Below, in pieces: positions 9,299 through 17,350 of a stretch of 64,000 bases of DNA. The notes under the pieces were generated by a model. It made no database searches. It was not told where the DNA came from and saw only the letters and a list, made by a program, of their open reading frames with translations. Source of the stretch: a virus (Duplodnaviria > Caudoviricetes); the IMG/VR virus record IMGVR_UViG_3300014205_000205, positions 20,135-84,134 of that record; one strand, written 5' to 3'. The position numbers were made by a program, and so were the translations under genes. Every line of letters starts with the position of its first letter. The stretch's first letter is position 1.

Positions 9299-9641
9299 CG
9301 CCGCCAACTCCTCCCAACCATATCTTCCAGTGGTCAGAACTACCGGCCTCGCCGATGCGGAGCGCCAGTGCGGACACGGACCACCCGGCGTTGGCGCTTG
9401 TCGTCTCACCTGGTAGGTAGAGTAACGAACTAATCTGCACATCTACCGAGGAACCGCAGACGATCTGCTTCGACGACATGACAGTCTCGCCCAAGAGATT
9501 GCGGACGTGGACCACCTTGTCGATGGCCCGGCCCAAAAACGATGTGGCTGCACTGTAAATGTTCTCGCCGTCGGTGTTAACACTGGTGGAGTTAGCGATG
9601 AGAAGTGTCTGCTTAAATTGGGCTTGTAATTGCCAATCCAA
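9282..9641 (-). CDS. Head closure (stopper) protein
   Basis: 119 aa beta-rich protein between adaptor and gp10-like gene. Confidence 0.6.
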   Translation of the reverse strand: MDWQLQAQFKQTLLIANSTSVNTDGENIYSAATSFLGRAIDKVVHVRNLLGETVMSSKQIVCGSSVDVQISSLLYLPGETTSANAGWSVSALALRIGEAGSSDHWKIWLGGVGGDGGVG

Positions 9642-10076
9642 TTAACCACTCCCCGTCGTAGAAGCGATGGTGCCAGGGAAGTCATCCTGACCCATTCGGA
9701 AGTTGGGCTGCACGAAATCTGTGTCGGCATCGCGACTTTGCTTGGTGTTCTGTGACCGGCCGCCGACAAACATTCCGGCCGATGCAGTCCCGCGCCGCCG
9801 CAATATAACCGCCTGTCGTTCATACGCTTTGGACCGTTGGGATGCTGAGATGTCCAACCCTTCGTTGCGTGTATCAACGTAGCTGGCCCAGTGCGCCGCC
9901 AGGTTGTCACAACAGATGGCCGCCGCCCGGTAGTGGTTAGCTTCGATGTTGGCCAGTACGGCACTGATCTCTTCGTCGGCGAGGATAGCTGTCCCTGATA
10001 CCGTTTCACCTGTATAGAACCGGACAGTGGACAGCCCGGAACTGCCGACATTCGACGAGTTATAGGTAAAAGTCAT
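9642..10076 (-). CDS. Head-tail adaptor (head completion) protein
   Basis: MTFTY...VRFYTGET...ILADEEI..L...YRAAA.CC..LAA pattern; neck-module position. Confidence 0.75.
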   Translation of the reverse strand: MTFTYNSSNVGSSGLSTVRFYTGETVSGTAILADEEISAVLANIEANHYRAAAICCDNLAAHWASYVDTRNEGLDISASQRSKAYERQAVILRRRGTASAGMFVGGRSQNTKQSRDADTDFVQPNFRMGQDDFPGTIASTTGSG

Positions 10077-10084
10077 ATGTCCAC

Positions 10085-10447
10085 CTACTTCGTGAAGAGC
10101 TTCAACGTCCGGCCGGTCGCCTCACCGGTGGACCCTGATACCAGGCGCATGAACGGCCACGGCTTCAGCGAATCCGGTAGGATGTAGGCCTGGGCTGCCG
10201 CCGTTGATACAGTAATCGATATCTGCGTGCTGGCGATCGAATACAGGTCAACGAACGTACCGTCCGAGCTTGATGTCGGGCTGACGGCGAACGTGATCGT
10301 TGAGCTTCCAAACGCTGTCGCCCCCATGAGGCCCAGCACTTCGGCACTCCGGATATCCGCCACGGTGCTTACCGGGGACTGAGTAGTTCCTGATGTGAAA
10401 CTCAACGTCTGCACAGATGAAACCCGTTCAACTTCTGCCCTACTCAT
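10085..10447 (-). CDS. Ser/Thr-rich beta-sandwich virion protein (putative)
   Basis: 120 aa, about 32% Ser+Thr by manual count; in head-neck module. Confidence 0.5.
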   Translation of the reverse strand: MSRAEVERVSSVQTLSFTSGTTQSPVSTVADIRSAEVLGLMGATAFGSSTITFAVSPTSSSDGTFVDLYSIASTQISITVSTAAAQAYILPDSLKPWPFMRLVSGSTGEATGRTLKLFTK

Positions 10448-10474
10448 CTTTGTTTACCCCCTTTCAGGGTGGAA

Positions 10475-10720
10475 TCACGATCTGCGAGGCTTTCCTCTAG
10501 GCTTGGGCGCACCGAGGGCAGTCTCTTTCGGTTCTGCCAGGCCGGTCTTAGGTGGAGGCGTGTCTACCGCTTCGCCGTCAACGATTTCCGCAATCCAATT
10601 CAGTCGGCGCATGGAGGCCTCGGTGCGATCTGAACCGATGTCTTCTGAGGTGATCTTGTCGCCCCATTTGTAGTCGCCGCCCTGCAGTTTGATCGGAGTA
10701 TGACGGACGGTGTAAATCAT
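10475..10720 (-). CDS. Small hypothetical protein of head-neck region
   Basis: ATG overlaps upstream stop (ATGA). Confidence 0.55.
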   Translation of the reverse strand: MIYTVRHTPIKLQGGDYKWGDKITSEDIGSDRTEASMRRLNWIAEIVDGEAVDTPPPKTGLAEPKETALGAPKPRGKPRRS

Positions 10721-11685
10721 AACGCTACCCATGCCTCCTGCATGTACTGCTGGTTCTCCAGGGCGCCCAAGAGCTGCTGCTGCATATTGTTCAGCCGGGT
10801 CATCTCGGCCTGGACTTGGCCAAGGCGGGTCTGCAGCTCACCCTTGCGCGAGTTCAGCTTGACCATCATGGCGTGGGCCTTTGGCTGCTCCCAGCCATAG
10901 AGGTGCGAGGTCTTCAGCAAATCGCTTTCCTGCGGCATGTAAACCCGCACGCCGGCCTGTTTGGCAATGCCGAGGAAGTACTCGCACGACGGCCTTTGGG
11001 CGGCATACTCGCTGCCCTGGGCCATATCGACACCGTAGATGTGGATCTCTTGGAAGCCTTCGGATAGGGCCAGGGCCATCATGTAGCTGATCGAATTGGT
11101 GTAGTAGCCGCCGTACTTGGCGATCATCACCTGCAGCGGGTACTCAACGCTGTTTGGGATGTCGTCCCAGTGCCGCTGCATGTACACAAGGCACCCCAGA
11201 GCCGCCATCTTGGCAGCGTGTTCATTGGAAGCGTTGCGACTGTGGAAGAAGGGGTTGCCCGCGTACTCCGTCTCGCGGCCGTGGATCTCAAACCAGCGCA
11301 GGCGGGCCTCTACTTTCGGCTTCGCCCACGGGTCCGAGCCATCTGCCATCCGCATGTCGTAGGCTTCGTTGAGGGACCAGAGCTCGAAGTCTGGGTCATC
11401 GAACGGCGCTTGGTTCCAGTGGCTGGCGAACCCGACGATGGCCACTTTCTTGATCTTGACGGGCGATGCCGTCTTCGCCAGTTCCGCGGGCTCCTCTTCT
11501 ACGACCGGAGCCTCGTTAGGCCGCTCTGGTTCAACGGGCATCGGGACAACCGGCTGCGCTTCGGGAGCAGGGGCGGGAACACTAGTCTTTTTCTTTTTGG
11601 AAACGTTCGGCTGGTGCACTCTCGTCCTCGACCTCGTAGCGCTCGGTGCAAGGTCCACGGAGTTCTCGGTACTCAAATGATTCAT
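10717..11685 (-). CDS. Putative sialyltransferase/Maf-like (GT29/DUF115-like) nonulosonate transferase
   Basis: KVAIVG...WSLNE...NSISYMMALAL..GFQEIHIYGVDM pattern; low-complexity N-terminal linker, C-terminal coiled coil; coupled to pseB and methyltransferase. Confidence 0.5.
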   Translation of the reverse strand: MNHLSTENSVDLAPSATRSRTRVHQPNVSKKKKTSVPAPAPEAQPVVPMPVEPERPNEAPVVEEEPAELAKTASPVKIKKVAIVGFASHWNQAPFDDPDFELWSLNEAYDMRMADGSDPWAKPKVEARLRWFEIHGRETEYAGNPFFHSRNASNEHAAKMAALGCLVYMQRHWDDIPNSVEYPLQVMIAKYGGYYTNSISYMMALALSEGFQEIHIYGVDMAQGSEYAAQRPSCEYFLGIAKQAGVRVYMPQESDLLKTSHLYGWEQPKAHAMMVKLNSRKGELQTRLGQVQAEMTRLNNMQQQLLGALENQQYMQEAWVAL

Positions 11686-12365
11686 GCCCCCTCGATGTTT
11701 TTCACTACCTGGTCGCCCCCGGCTAGGTAGTGGTCATTCAACTGCTTCCTGAGAAGCCATAGGCCGTAACGCTCTTGCTCTGGCGCATAGGGATCCGGCC
11801 GATTCACACCATGGACCCCGGTAAGCGCCCCCACGACGTGATACAAGCCCGACGCCAGGAATATCGCCTGGTAATCCTGCTTGTAGGTGTACATCGCCGG
11901 GTGGTGCCGATAGGGATTCGCAACCTTGTTGTCAGGCGCGAAGTCCCCGAGCAACAAAAAACCACCGTCTTTCACGGCGGCATCAATCTTTGCGACGGAC
12001 TCCAGCAAACGGGACCGGTCTACCCAGTGCAGTACGTAGTTGACAATGACAAGATCAAACTGCTCACCGATCCGCATGTCGGCGGCCGTGCTCTGGATGT
12101 ACTCGATGCCCTGGTATCTGCTCCGGCCGTCCGCAATCGCCTCCGCAGACGGTTCCACAGCCACCAGACGCAGGGTGTTCGCCGTCTTGATCAGGTGCAG
12201 ACGGTACCCGGTGGAGGCCCCGACTTCCAGGATGGTAGGCGGATCAAGGTGGTAGTCGCGAAGTAGCCGAATGGGCAGATCGTCGTGCAGTTTCGACATC
12301 GCTACGGCATTACGGCGGTAGTAGGCATCTGACTCGGTGCTGCTGAACACGTGGTCCTGCGTCAT
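11682..12365 (-). CDS. Class I SAM-dependent methyltransferase (nonulosonate-locus type)
   Basis: ILEVGASTG motif I, VEPS, FDLVIVNYVLHW, DGGFLLLGDF; ATGA overlap with pseB. Confidence 0.85.
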   Translation of the reverse strand: MTQDHVFSSTESDAYYRRNAVAMSKLHDDLPIRLLRDYHLDPPTILEVGASTGYRLHLIKTANTLRLVAVEPSAEAIADGRSRYQGIEYIQSTAADMRIGEQFDLVIVNYVLHWVDRSRLLESVAKIDAAVKDGGFLLLGDFAPDNKVANPYRHHPAMYTYKQDYQAIFLASGLYHVVGALTGVHGVNRPDPYAPEQERYGLWLLRKQLNDHYLAGGDQVVKNIEGA

Positions 12366-13342
12366 GAGGGCACCGCCTCGCACAGCGCTTCCAGGTCCTG
12401 CACCGACAGCCACCGGTCATTTACGTCTGAGGAGTACCGGAAGCCGGCCGGCAGCGGATCGCCTTGGGCCTGTTCTGCCGTCCACCAGGGGTGTTGGGGT
12501 TGTACGACATACACCGGCCCGGCGTCAATTGTGTGGGCGGTCTCCTCATCAGAGAGCAACGCCTCGCCGAGCTTTTCGCCCGGTCTGATGCCGGTAACCA
12601 TGATGGGCACGCCTGGGGCAATCGCTTGCGCCAGATCTGTAACCTTCATGCTGGGCAGTTTGGGAATGAAGATCTCGCCGCCCTGCATGTGCGTCAGGGA
12701 GTACTTCACTAGGTCTGCGGCTTGAGGTAGAGACAGCCAGAACCGGGTCATGCGGGGGTCCGTGATGGTGATGCGCCCGGTCTGGGCCAGCTGGCGGAAC
12801 AGCGGCACCACGGAGCCCCGAGAGCCTACGACGTTTCCGTATCGACAGGCGCTAAACGAAGTCCGTCCGGGGCTGTAGGCATTCCCTTGAATGAACAGAT
12901 CCTCCGCCACCGCCTTGGTCTTGCCGTAGAGGTTGCTCGGTGAGCAGGCTTTGTCGCTGGAAACCAGCAGGACCTTCTTGACCCAACCATCAATTGCGGC
13001 GTCGATGACGTTCTGACTGCCTTGGATGTTGGTTTTGACGGCCTCGGCCGGGTTGTATTGGCAAGCCGGAACCTGTTTGAGCGCCGCTGCGTGAATCACT
13101 ATGTCGACCCCGGCGAAAGCCCGTTCCAGCCGGTCCTTGTCTCGCACGTCGCCAATGAAATACCGGACGACACTCCCTGTGTCATCTGGCCACCGCGCGC
13201 GCATCTCGTGCTGCTTGAGCTCATCACGACTAAATACAATCAACCGTTTAGGATTCTGCGGCAGTATTTTTTGAATTAATTGGTGTCCCAGTGATCCGGT
13301 TCCACCGGTGATCAGGATCGTCTTGCCTGTAAAGAGCCCCAC
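12362..13342 (-). CDS. pseB: UDP-N-acetylglucosamine 4,6-dehydratase (inverting)
   Basis: TGGTGSLG, SRDELKQ, GDVRD, HAAALKQVP, SSDKA..P.NLYGKTK, RYGNVVGSRGSVVPLF, TDPRMTRFW, GIRPGEKL; probable GTG start 13342. Confidence 0.92.
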   Translation of the reverse strand: MGLFTGKTILITGGTGSLGHQLIQKILPQNPKRLIVFSRDELKQHEMRARWPDDTGSVVRYFIGDVRDKDRLERAFAGVDIVIHAAALKQVPACQYNPAEAVKTNIQGSQNVIDAAIDGWVKKVLLVSSDKACSPSNLYGKTKAVAEDLFIQGNAYSPGRTSFSACRYGNVVGSRGSVVPLFRQLAQTGRITITDPRMTRFWLSLPQAADLVKYSLTHMQGGEIFIPKLPSMKVTDLAQAIAPGVPIMVTGIRPGEKLGEALLSDEETAHTIDAGPVYVVQPQHPWWTAEQAQGDPLPAGFRYSSDVNDRWLSVQDLEALCEAVPS

Positions 13343-13367
13343 TAATAATCGCCCCAATCTATAAAGT

Positions 13368-13393
13368 AAGGAGGAGGCGCCTGCCCCCTCCTT
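13368..13393 (-). terminator. Hairpin / probable attenuating terminator upstream of pseB
   Basis: AAGGAGGGGGC-AGGC-GCCTCCTCCTT (11 bp, one G-U) then ACTTTAT. Confidence 0.55.
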
Positions 13394-13405
13394 CAAAACT
13401 CGAGC

Positions 13406-14107
13406 CTACGAAATCCCCGAATGATTCCCGCTTGACGACACGACCAACCAACGCGTGGATGAGGCCCCGACCAAACGAACAAACTGGTCAAGAGCATCGA
13501 ACGTCAGGATGGTGCCCGTCGAATCGAATGTTTGGACCGTTGAGGCCGTTGTGACCGTGTGCGCCTTCGTAGTGTTGGCGATGTTGTAGATGACCTTTTG
13601 GACACCGGCCACGGGAGCACTGATGGTCACGGCCATCTGCGACGTGTTGCTCAGAACGCTGATGCCGTATGCAGTTAGCACACCACTTGTGGTCGCCACC
13701 GTCTGCAGGGCCTGAAACAATCCACCGGAGAGGGTGGCAGTACCGGTAACTGCCAAATTGCTAGAGCCGGTAAGCGTTCCGCCCACTCCAAAGGTGCCAG
13801 CGATGGTGCCGTTGCTGGAACCGGTGATGGTCTTGGAAACCGTGAGTCCGCCGCTCACCAGGGCGCTACTCGATGCCGTAAGCGTGCCGCCAATCGTAGC
13901 GGCACTCGACCCGGTGATGGTTTTGCTGACAGTCAGCCCGCCCGAGACCAACGCACTGGAAGAGGCGGTGAGCGTCCCACCGACGGTTGCCGCTCCTGAA
14001 CTGACAACAGCTCCCGAGACATTCAATCCGGATGACAGCGTCACCGCTCGCTCGAACGTCGCCGGAGACTCAAAATACTCTGTTTGCCGCCGATTGATAC
14101 CCGCCAT
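13406..14107 (-). CDS. Ser/Thr-rich head fibre / decoration protein with tandem 30-aa repeat
   Basis: Directly after major capsid gene; about 33% Ser+Thr by manual count; beta-fibre-like GGTLT repeats. Confidence 0.6.
   Translation of the reverse strand: MAGINRRQTEYFESPATFERAVTLSSGLNVSGAVVSSGAATVGGTLTASSSALVSGGLTVSKTITGSSAATIGGTLTASSSALVSGGLTVSKTITGSSNGTIAGTFGVGGTLTGSSNLAVTGTATLSGGLFQALQTVATTSGVLTAYGISVLSNTSQMAVTISAPVAGVQKVIYNIANTTKAHTVTTASTVQTFDSTGTILTFDALDQFVRLVGASSTRWLVVSSSGNHSGIS
13814..13993 (-). repeat. Two tandem 90-nt units encoding AAT[VI]GGTLTASSSALVSGGLTVSKTITGSS
   Basis: 29/30 amino acids identical but only 5/30 codons identical. Confidence 0.9.
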
Positions 14108-14165
14108 TGCACTTCACTCCTTTCTATGCCGGGGCCCGCCACATGACAGGCCCCGCATGACTCAA

Positions 14166-15128
14166 TCAGGCGACGCACGCATTGAAGAACGCAGCGCAGT
14201 CCGCGGCGACGACCTTCTGGGCGTAGGCCATTTCGCCTTCAATCCGATCCGAACGCTTCAGGTCGATCCGGAAACGGCTGATGACGGAGCCGGACTGATT
14301 GGCGCCCAGATACCCGGTCCAGTCGAATGTGTAGCCGGCAGACGGCATCAGAAGGCCCGGAGACGGAGCCGAGTAGCAGAGCAGGGCATGCTTGCCGTAG
14401 AGGAATGACATGGAGGCGTTTGCCCCCTCAACAGCGGAGTTCTGCACGGCATAGGGCACCAATACCCGGTCGACGTCAAACAGGGCCGGAAGCAGATCCA
14501 GAGTGACAACACCGCGCTGGACGTGCTTGATCCGGTCGATGATGTCCGGGTGATGGCGCAAGGCGTCAAAGACCTGCGGGCCGATCACCAGGGTGTTGGG
14601 TTTGTAGCCGGTGTTCTGCGAAACAGCGATGGACTGGGCGGTGACGTCCTCGATTGGCGTGCTGGAGTTCGTGCCCCACTGGGTGCCGACGGTGATGTCG
14701 GTACCGGTGGTGGAGCCTGTCCAGATGCCGGTCGTGAAGAAGTTCGTCACCCAATCAGCTTCACGCTTGATCAAAAGCTGATGCGTCACCCACTCGGTAG
14801 CATCCCGGTCCATGTCGAGCGGCGCATCGGCATTGGCCCGGGTCTGATCGTCGATATCCTTGTGGACGGCAACCACGTTAGCCGAATACACGTCTGTGCT
14901 GTTGGAATAGCCGCTGCCAGCCGACTCGGTAGCCGGGGCCCGGACCTTGGCCTCAGACCGATGCCAGTATTCCTTGGGGTACGTAAAGAACTTGTCGGAT
15001 TGCTTGCTGACAGGGACGCGCGGGAAGGCTGTCCCGGCGATAAAATTGGTAGCCCTCTGGAGGTATGCCACGCTGATGTTAGTCAGCGGCCGGTTTACAT
15101 GTACTTGGTTAATGGACGGATCAGGCAT
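14166..15128 (-). CDS. Major capsid protein (HK97 fold, gpE-like family)
   Basis: 320 aa, RPLTNISVAY...FIA...FPRVPV, LRHHPDIIDRIK; follows scaffold and cement genes. Confidence 0.88.
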   Translation of the reverse strand: MPDPSINQVHVNRPLTNISVAYLQRATNFIAGTAFPRVPVSKQSDKFFTYPKEYWHRSEAKVRAPATESAGSGYSNSTDVYSANVVAVHKDIDDQTRANADAPLDMDRDATEWVTHQLLIKREADWVTNFFTTGIWTGSTTGTDITVGTQWGTNSSTPIEDVTAQSIAVSQNTGYKPNTLVIGPQVFDALRHHPDIIDRIKHVQRGVVTLDLLPALFDVDRVLVPYAVQNSAVEGANASMSFLYGKHALLCYSAPSPGLLMPSAGYTFDWTGYLGANQSGSVISRFRIDLKRSDRIEGEMAYAQKVVAADCAAFFNACVA

Positions 15129-15151
15129 ATTTGTTCATCCCATCCTGTGCT

Positions 15152-15258
15152 CGCCAGCCCCTGGCGGCGCGACACATGCCCCACGAAAACTAATCGTCGG
15201 GCTCTGGCCGTGGGGCGCGACCATACGGGCGGAATAGCGAGTTCCGCCTGAGCCCGAC
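15152..15258 (-). ncRNA. Candidate structured cis-regulatory RNA in capsid-gene leader
   Basis: 9-bp, 7-bp and 6-bp stems forming a junction, an 8-nt loop-tail complement, and a terminal hairpin. Confidence 0.45.
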
Positions 15259-15292
15259 AAAGTTAATTTAGATCAGGTTGATTTAGATCGAA

Positions 15293-15670
15293 TCAGCTCG
15301 ACTGAAGCATGTGCAGAATTTCCAGCGACACGATGTTGCCAGAGACCAGCGAGGTCGTGCCGGATACCAGCATGCCGAGAATGTAATCACGGACGCCGGT
15401 GGATGAACCAGCCCGGCCCAGGGTGGTAGCGCCAACCAAGTCGGTGACCGCAAAGTTGCCATCGGTCATGACCTTGGTTTGACCGCCGATGGCGACCTCA
15501 GCGAACCCGCTGGAGGTGCCGGATTGAATCACACCAATGACTTTGGCGCCGGCGCTGGTCGGAAATACCAACAAGCTCTGCGTGGTCAGGCCGACGATCG
15601 CATACTGGGACGTGGAGAAGTCTGCGCCTACCTCGTAGGTGCGAGTGATAAGCCCTTGCGAAACAGCCAT
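15293..15670 (-). CDS. Capsid cement/decoration protein (DUF2190-like)
   Basis: 125 aa between scaffold and capsid; VIGVIQ...G..AEVAIGGQTKV pattern; about 25% Ser+Thr. Confidence 0.7.
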   Translation of the reverse strand: MAVSQGLITRTYEVGADFSTSQYAIVGLTTQSLLVFPTSAGAKVIGVIQSGTSSGFAEVAIGGQTKVMTDGNFAVTDLVGATTLGRAGSSTGVRDYILGMLVSGTTSLVSGNIVSLEILHMLQSS

Positions 15671-15671
15671 G

Positions 15672-16823
15672 TTAGTTAGCCTCCTTCAGGCTCAGGGTGT
15701 ACAACTCAGGATTGGCAGCGGTAACGTCGGCATAGGCCTGGGCATAGGTCTTGGCCGCGCCCTTGGCAACTTGTTCCTTGGCCATCTTGTCCAGACGGGC
15801 CTCCGCGCTGCCTTCCACGGGGCCGTTGCCAGTCTTGCCGATTTCGCGAGTGATCTGGTCATTGGCCTTGATCCGGGCTTCGGCCTTGGCCAAAGACTCT
15901 TCGACAGCCTTGCCAACATCCTCACCGGCCGCATAAGCCTTGCGAAGCATGGCAGAAACAGCGGTCGCCTCGCCGGCACTGGGGTACTGGGAGGCCTTGG
16001 TCAGGAACTCGCGGCTAACCCGCACCTCGCGCTCGGCGTTGAGATCGGTCTCTGCCTTGGCAAGTTTGGTTTCGGCTTCGGTGGCCCGCTTTTGCAGTTC
16101 GGTCACTTGACCGGCGGTCTTTTCGAGGTCATCGAGCCGCTTGGCAACTTCAACCGGCAACGCGGGCGCGGGCGGGGCTGCCTTCTTGGCGATCTCGGCC
16201 TCTACAGCAACGCGATCCTCGGCCTTGAGGCCCTTCAGGAGCTCTTCGAGGGTCATGATTACCTCATCACCTTTCTTTACGGGCGGATTTTTCTTAGGCA
16301 TGCCGTCCTCGCCCATCTCTTCCTTTGGATCCATATCCGGCGGGGGCACCTTGGCCTTCTCCACGGCGGCCGTTGTCTGCTGCATCAGATCCATCATGGC
16401 CTGCATGTGTTCCATGAGCTTCGTGTGGTATTGCTCCATGGTCTCACGCAGCATCTCGTCCTTCTTCGCCTTGTCCACACTCTCGTCACCCATGATAGAA
16501 CGCACCGAGGAATGGAAGGCGTCAGACATCCTCCACTCTTGCTCCCAGAGGTCGCTCTCTTTCTCTTGGACGGTCAGGACTTGGTCCATGGTCATCGCTT
16601 TGTCGCCCATGCCCATCATCTTGCGTATGCCCTCAAGCGCCCGCTTGAAAATGCTTTGTCGCTCTTCTGGTTTGTCCGTCTTGATCACCCCCCCTTCCGG
16701 CGGCGCCGGATCCCCGCCTGGAACGTCGGCCGCCTTGATGATGAGGAACTTGCGCTTGTTGGCCGCCTTGTCAACGCCAGCTACGGCGGTAATTTCCATG
16801 TCAACCAGTTTCTTTTGGGGCAT
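15672..16823 (-). CDS. Capsid scaffolding protein
   Basis: Starts MPQKKLVDMEITAVAGVDKAANKRKF (ATG 16823, GGAGG RBS); charged coiled coil. Confidence 0.7.
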   Translation of the reverse strand: MPQKKLVDMEITAVAGVDKAANKRKFLIIKAADVPGGDPAPPEGGVIKTDKPEERQSIFKRALEGIRKMMGMGDKAMTMDQVLTVQEKESDLWEQEWRMSDAFHSSVRSIMGDESVDKAKKDEMLRETMEQYHTKLMEHMQAMMDLMQQTTAAVEKAKVPPPDMDPKEEMGEDGMPKKNPPVKKGDEVIMTLEELLKGLKAEDRVAVEAEIAKKAAPPAPALPVEVAKRLDDLEKTAGQVTELQKRATEAETKLAKAETDLNAEREVRVSREFLTKASQYPSAGEATAVSAMLRKAYAAGEDVGKAVEESLAKAEARIKANDQITREIGKTGNGPVEGSAEARLDKMAKEQVAKGAAKTYAQAYADVTAANPELYTLSLKEAN

Positions 16824-17340
16824 CCTCTTCCACCCTCCTTCCTTGGCCTTCCATACTGTAGCCGGTGCGCTCACCGCTCTGGATCTTGGCGAAGTAGTCC
16901 TCGGGCCAGACCACACCCATTAGCCACGTGCCTTTTGTGATGTGCTGGTCGCCCTCATCGAAATCAGTGGGGGCGATGTAGCACTGAACCACATCCGGCG
17001 TTTCGCCCTCGAAGTCGACGGCGTGCATGTCGTTAATCGGACCGCCTGCCTTGGCGATTTCCTCTGCCAGGCCGGTCACATCCAAGCGAACAGTTTCGCC
17101 AGTCTCGGCCGCCTTGGCGACGGCTCCAAGCAATTGCATGGCCGCTTTTACCAGTTTGCCTTTGCCCTGCATCAACCGCATAAAGCCATAGCAGGCTTTC
17201 TCGATCTCTTCGGCCGTTGACCAGTCGCCCTGTGTGTCCACAACGTTCGGCTCGTACACGATGCCCAAGGTATATCGCTGCGCATCGGTCTTGCGAATGA
17301 TCCGCACGCCGACATCGACATCCGTCCTGGTAGTTACCAC
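16801..17340 (-). CDS. XkdF-like prohead serine protease
   Basis: LGIVYEPNVVDTQGD, EIEKACYGFM, GTWLMGV, IQSGERTGYSMEG; GTG start with AGGAGGT RBS. Confidence 0.85.
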   Translation of the reverse strand: MVTTRTDVDVGVRIIRKTDAQRYTLGIVYEPNVVDTQGDWSTAEEIEKACYGFMRLMQGKGKLVKAAMQLLGAVAKAAETGETVRLDVTGLAEEIAKAGGPINDMHAVDFEGETPDVVQCYIAPTDFDEGDQHITKGTWLMGVVWPEDYFAKIQSGERTGYSMEGQGRRVEEDAPKETG

Positions 17341-17350
17341 GTCACACCTC

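Noticed and set aside
15639-16940. 433-aa plus-strand ORF and many other long antisense ORFs (e.g. 11170..11730, 14523..15251, 25111..25890, 56771..57595)
   Set aside because: Shadows of GC-rich minus-strand genes; no RBS or recognisable motifs
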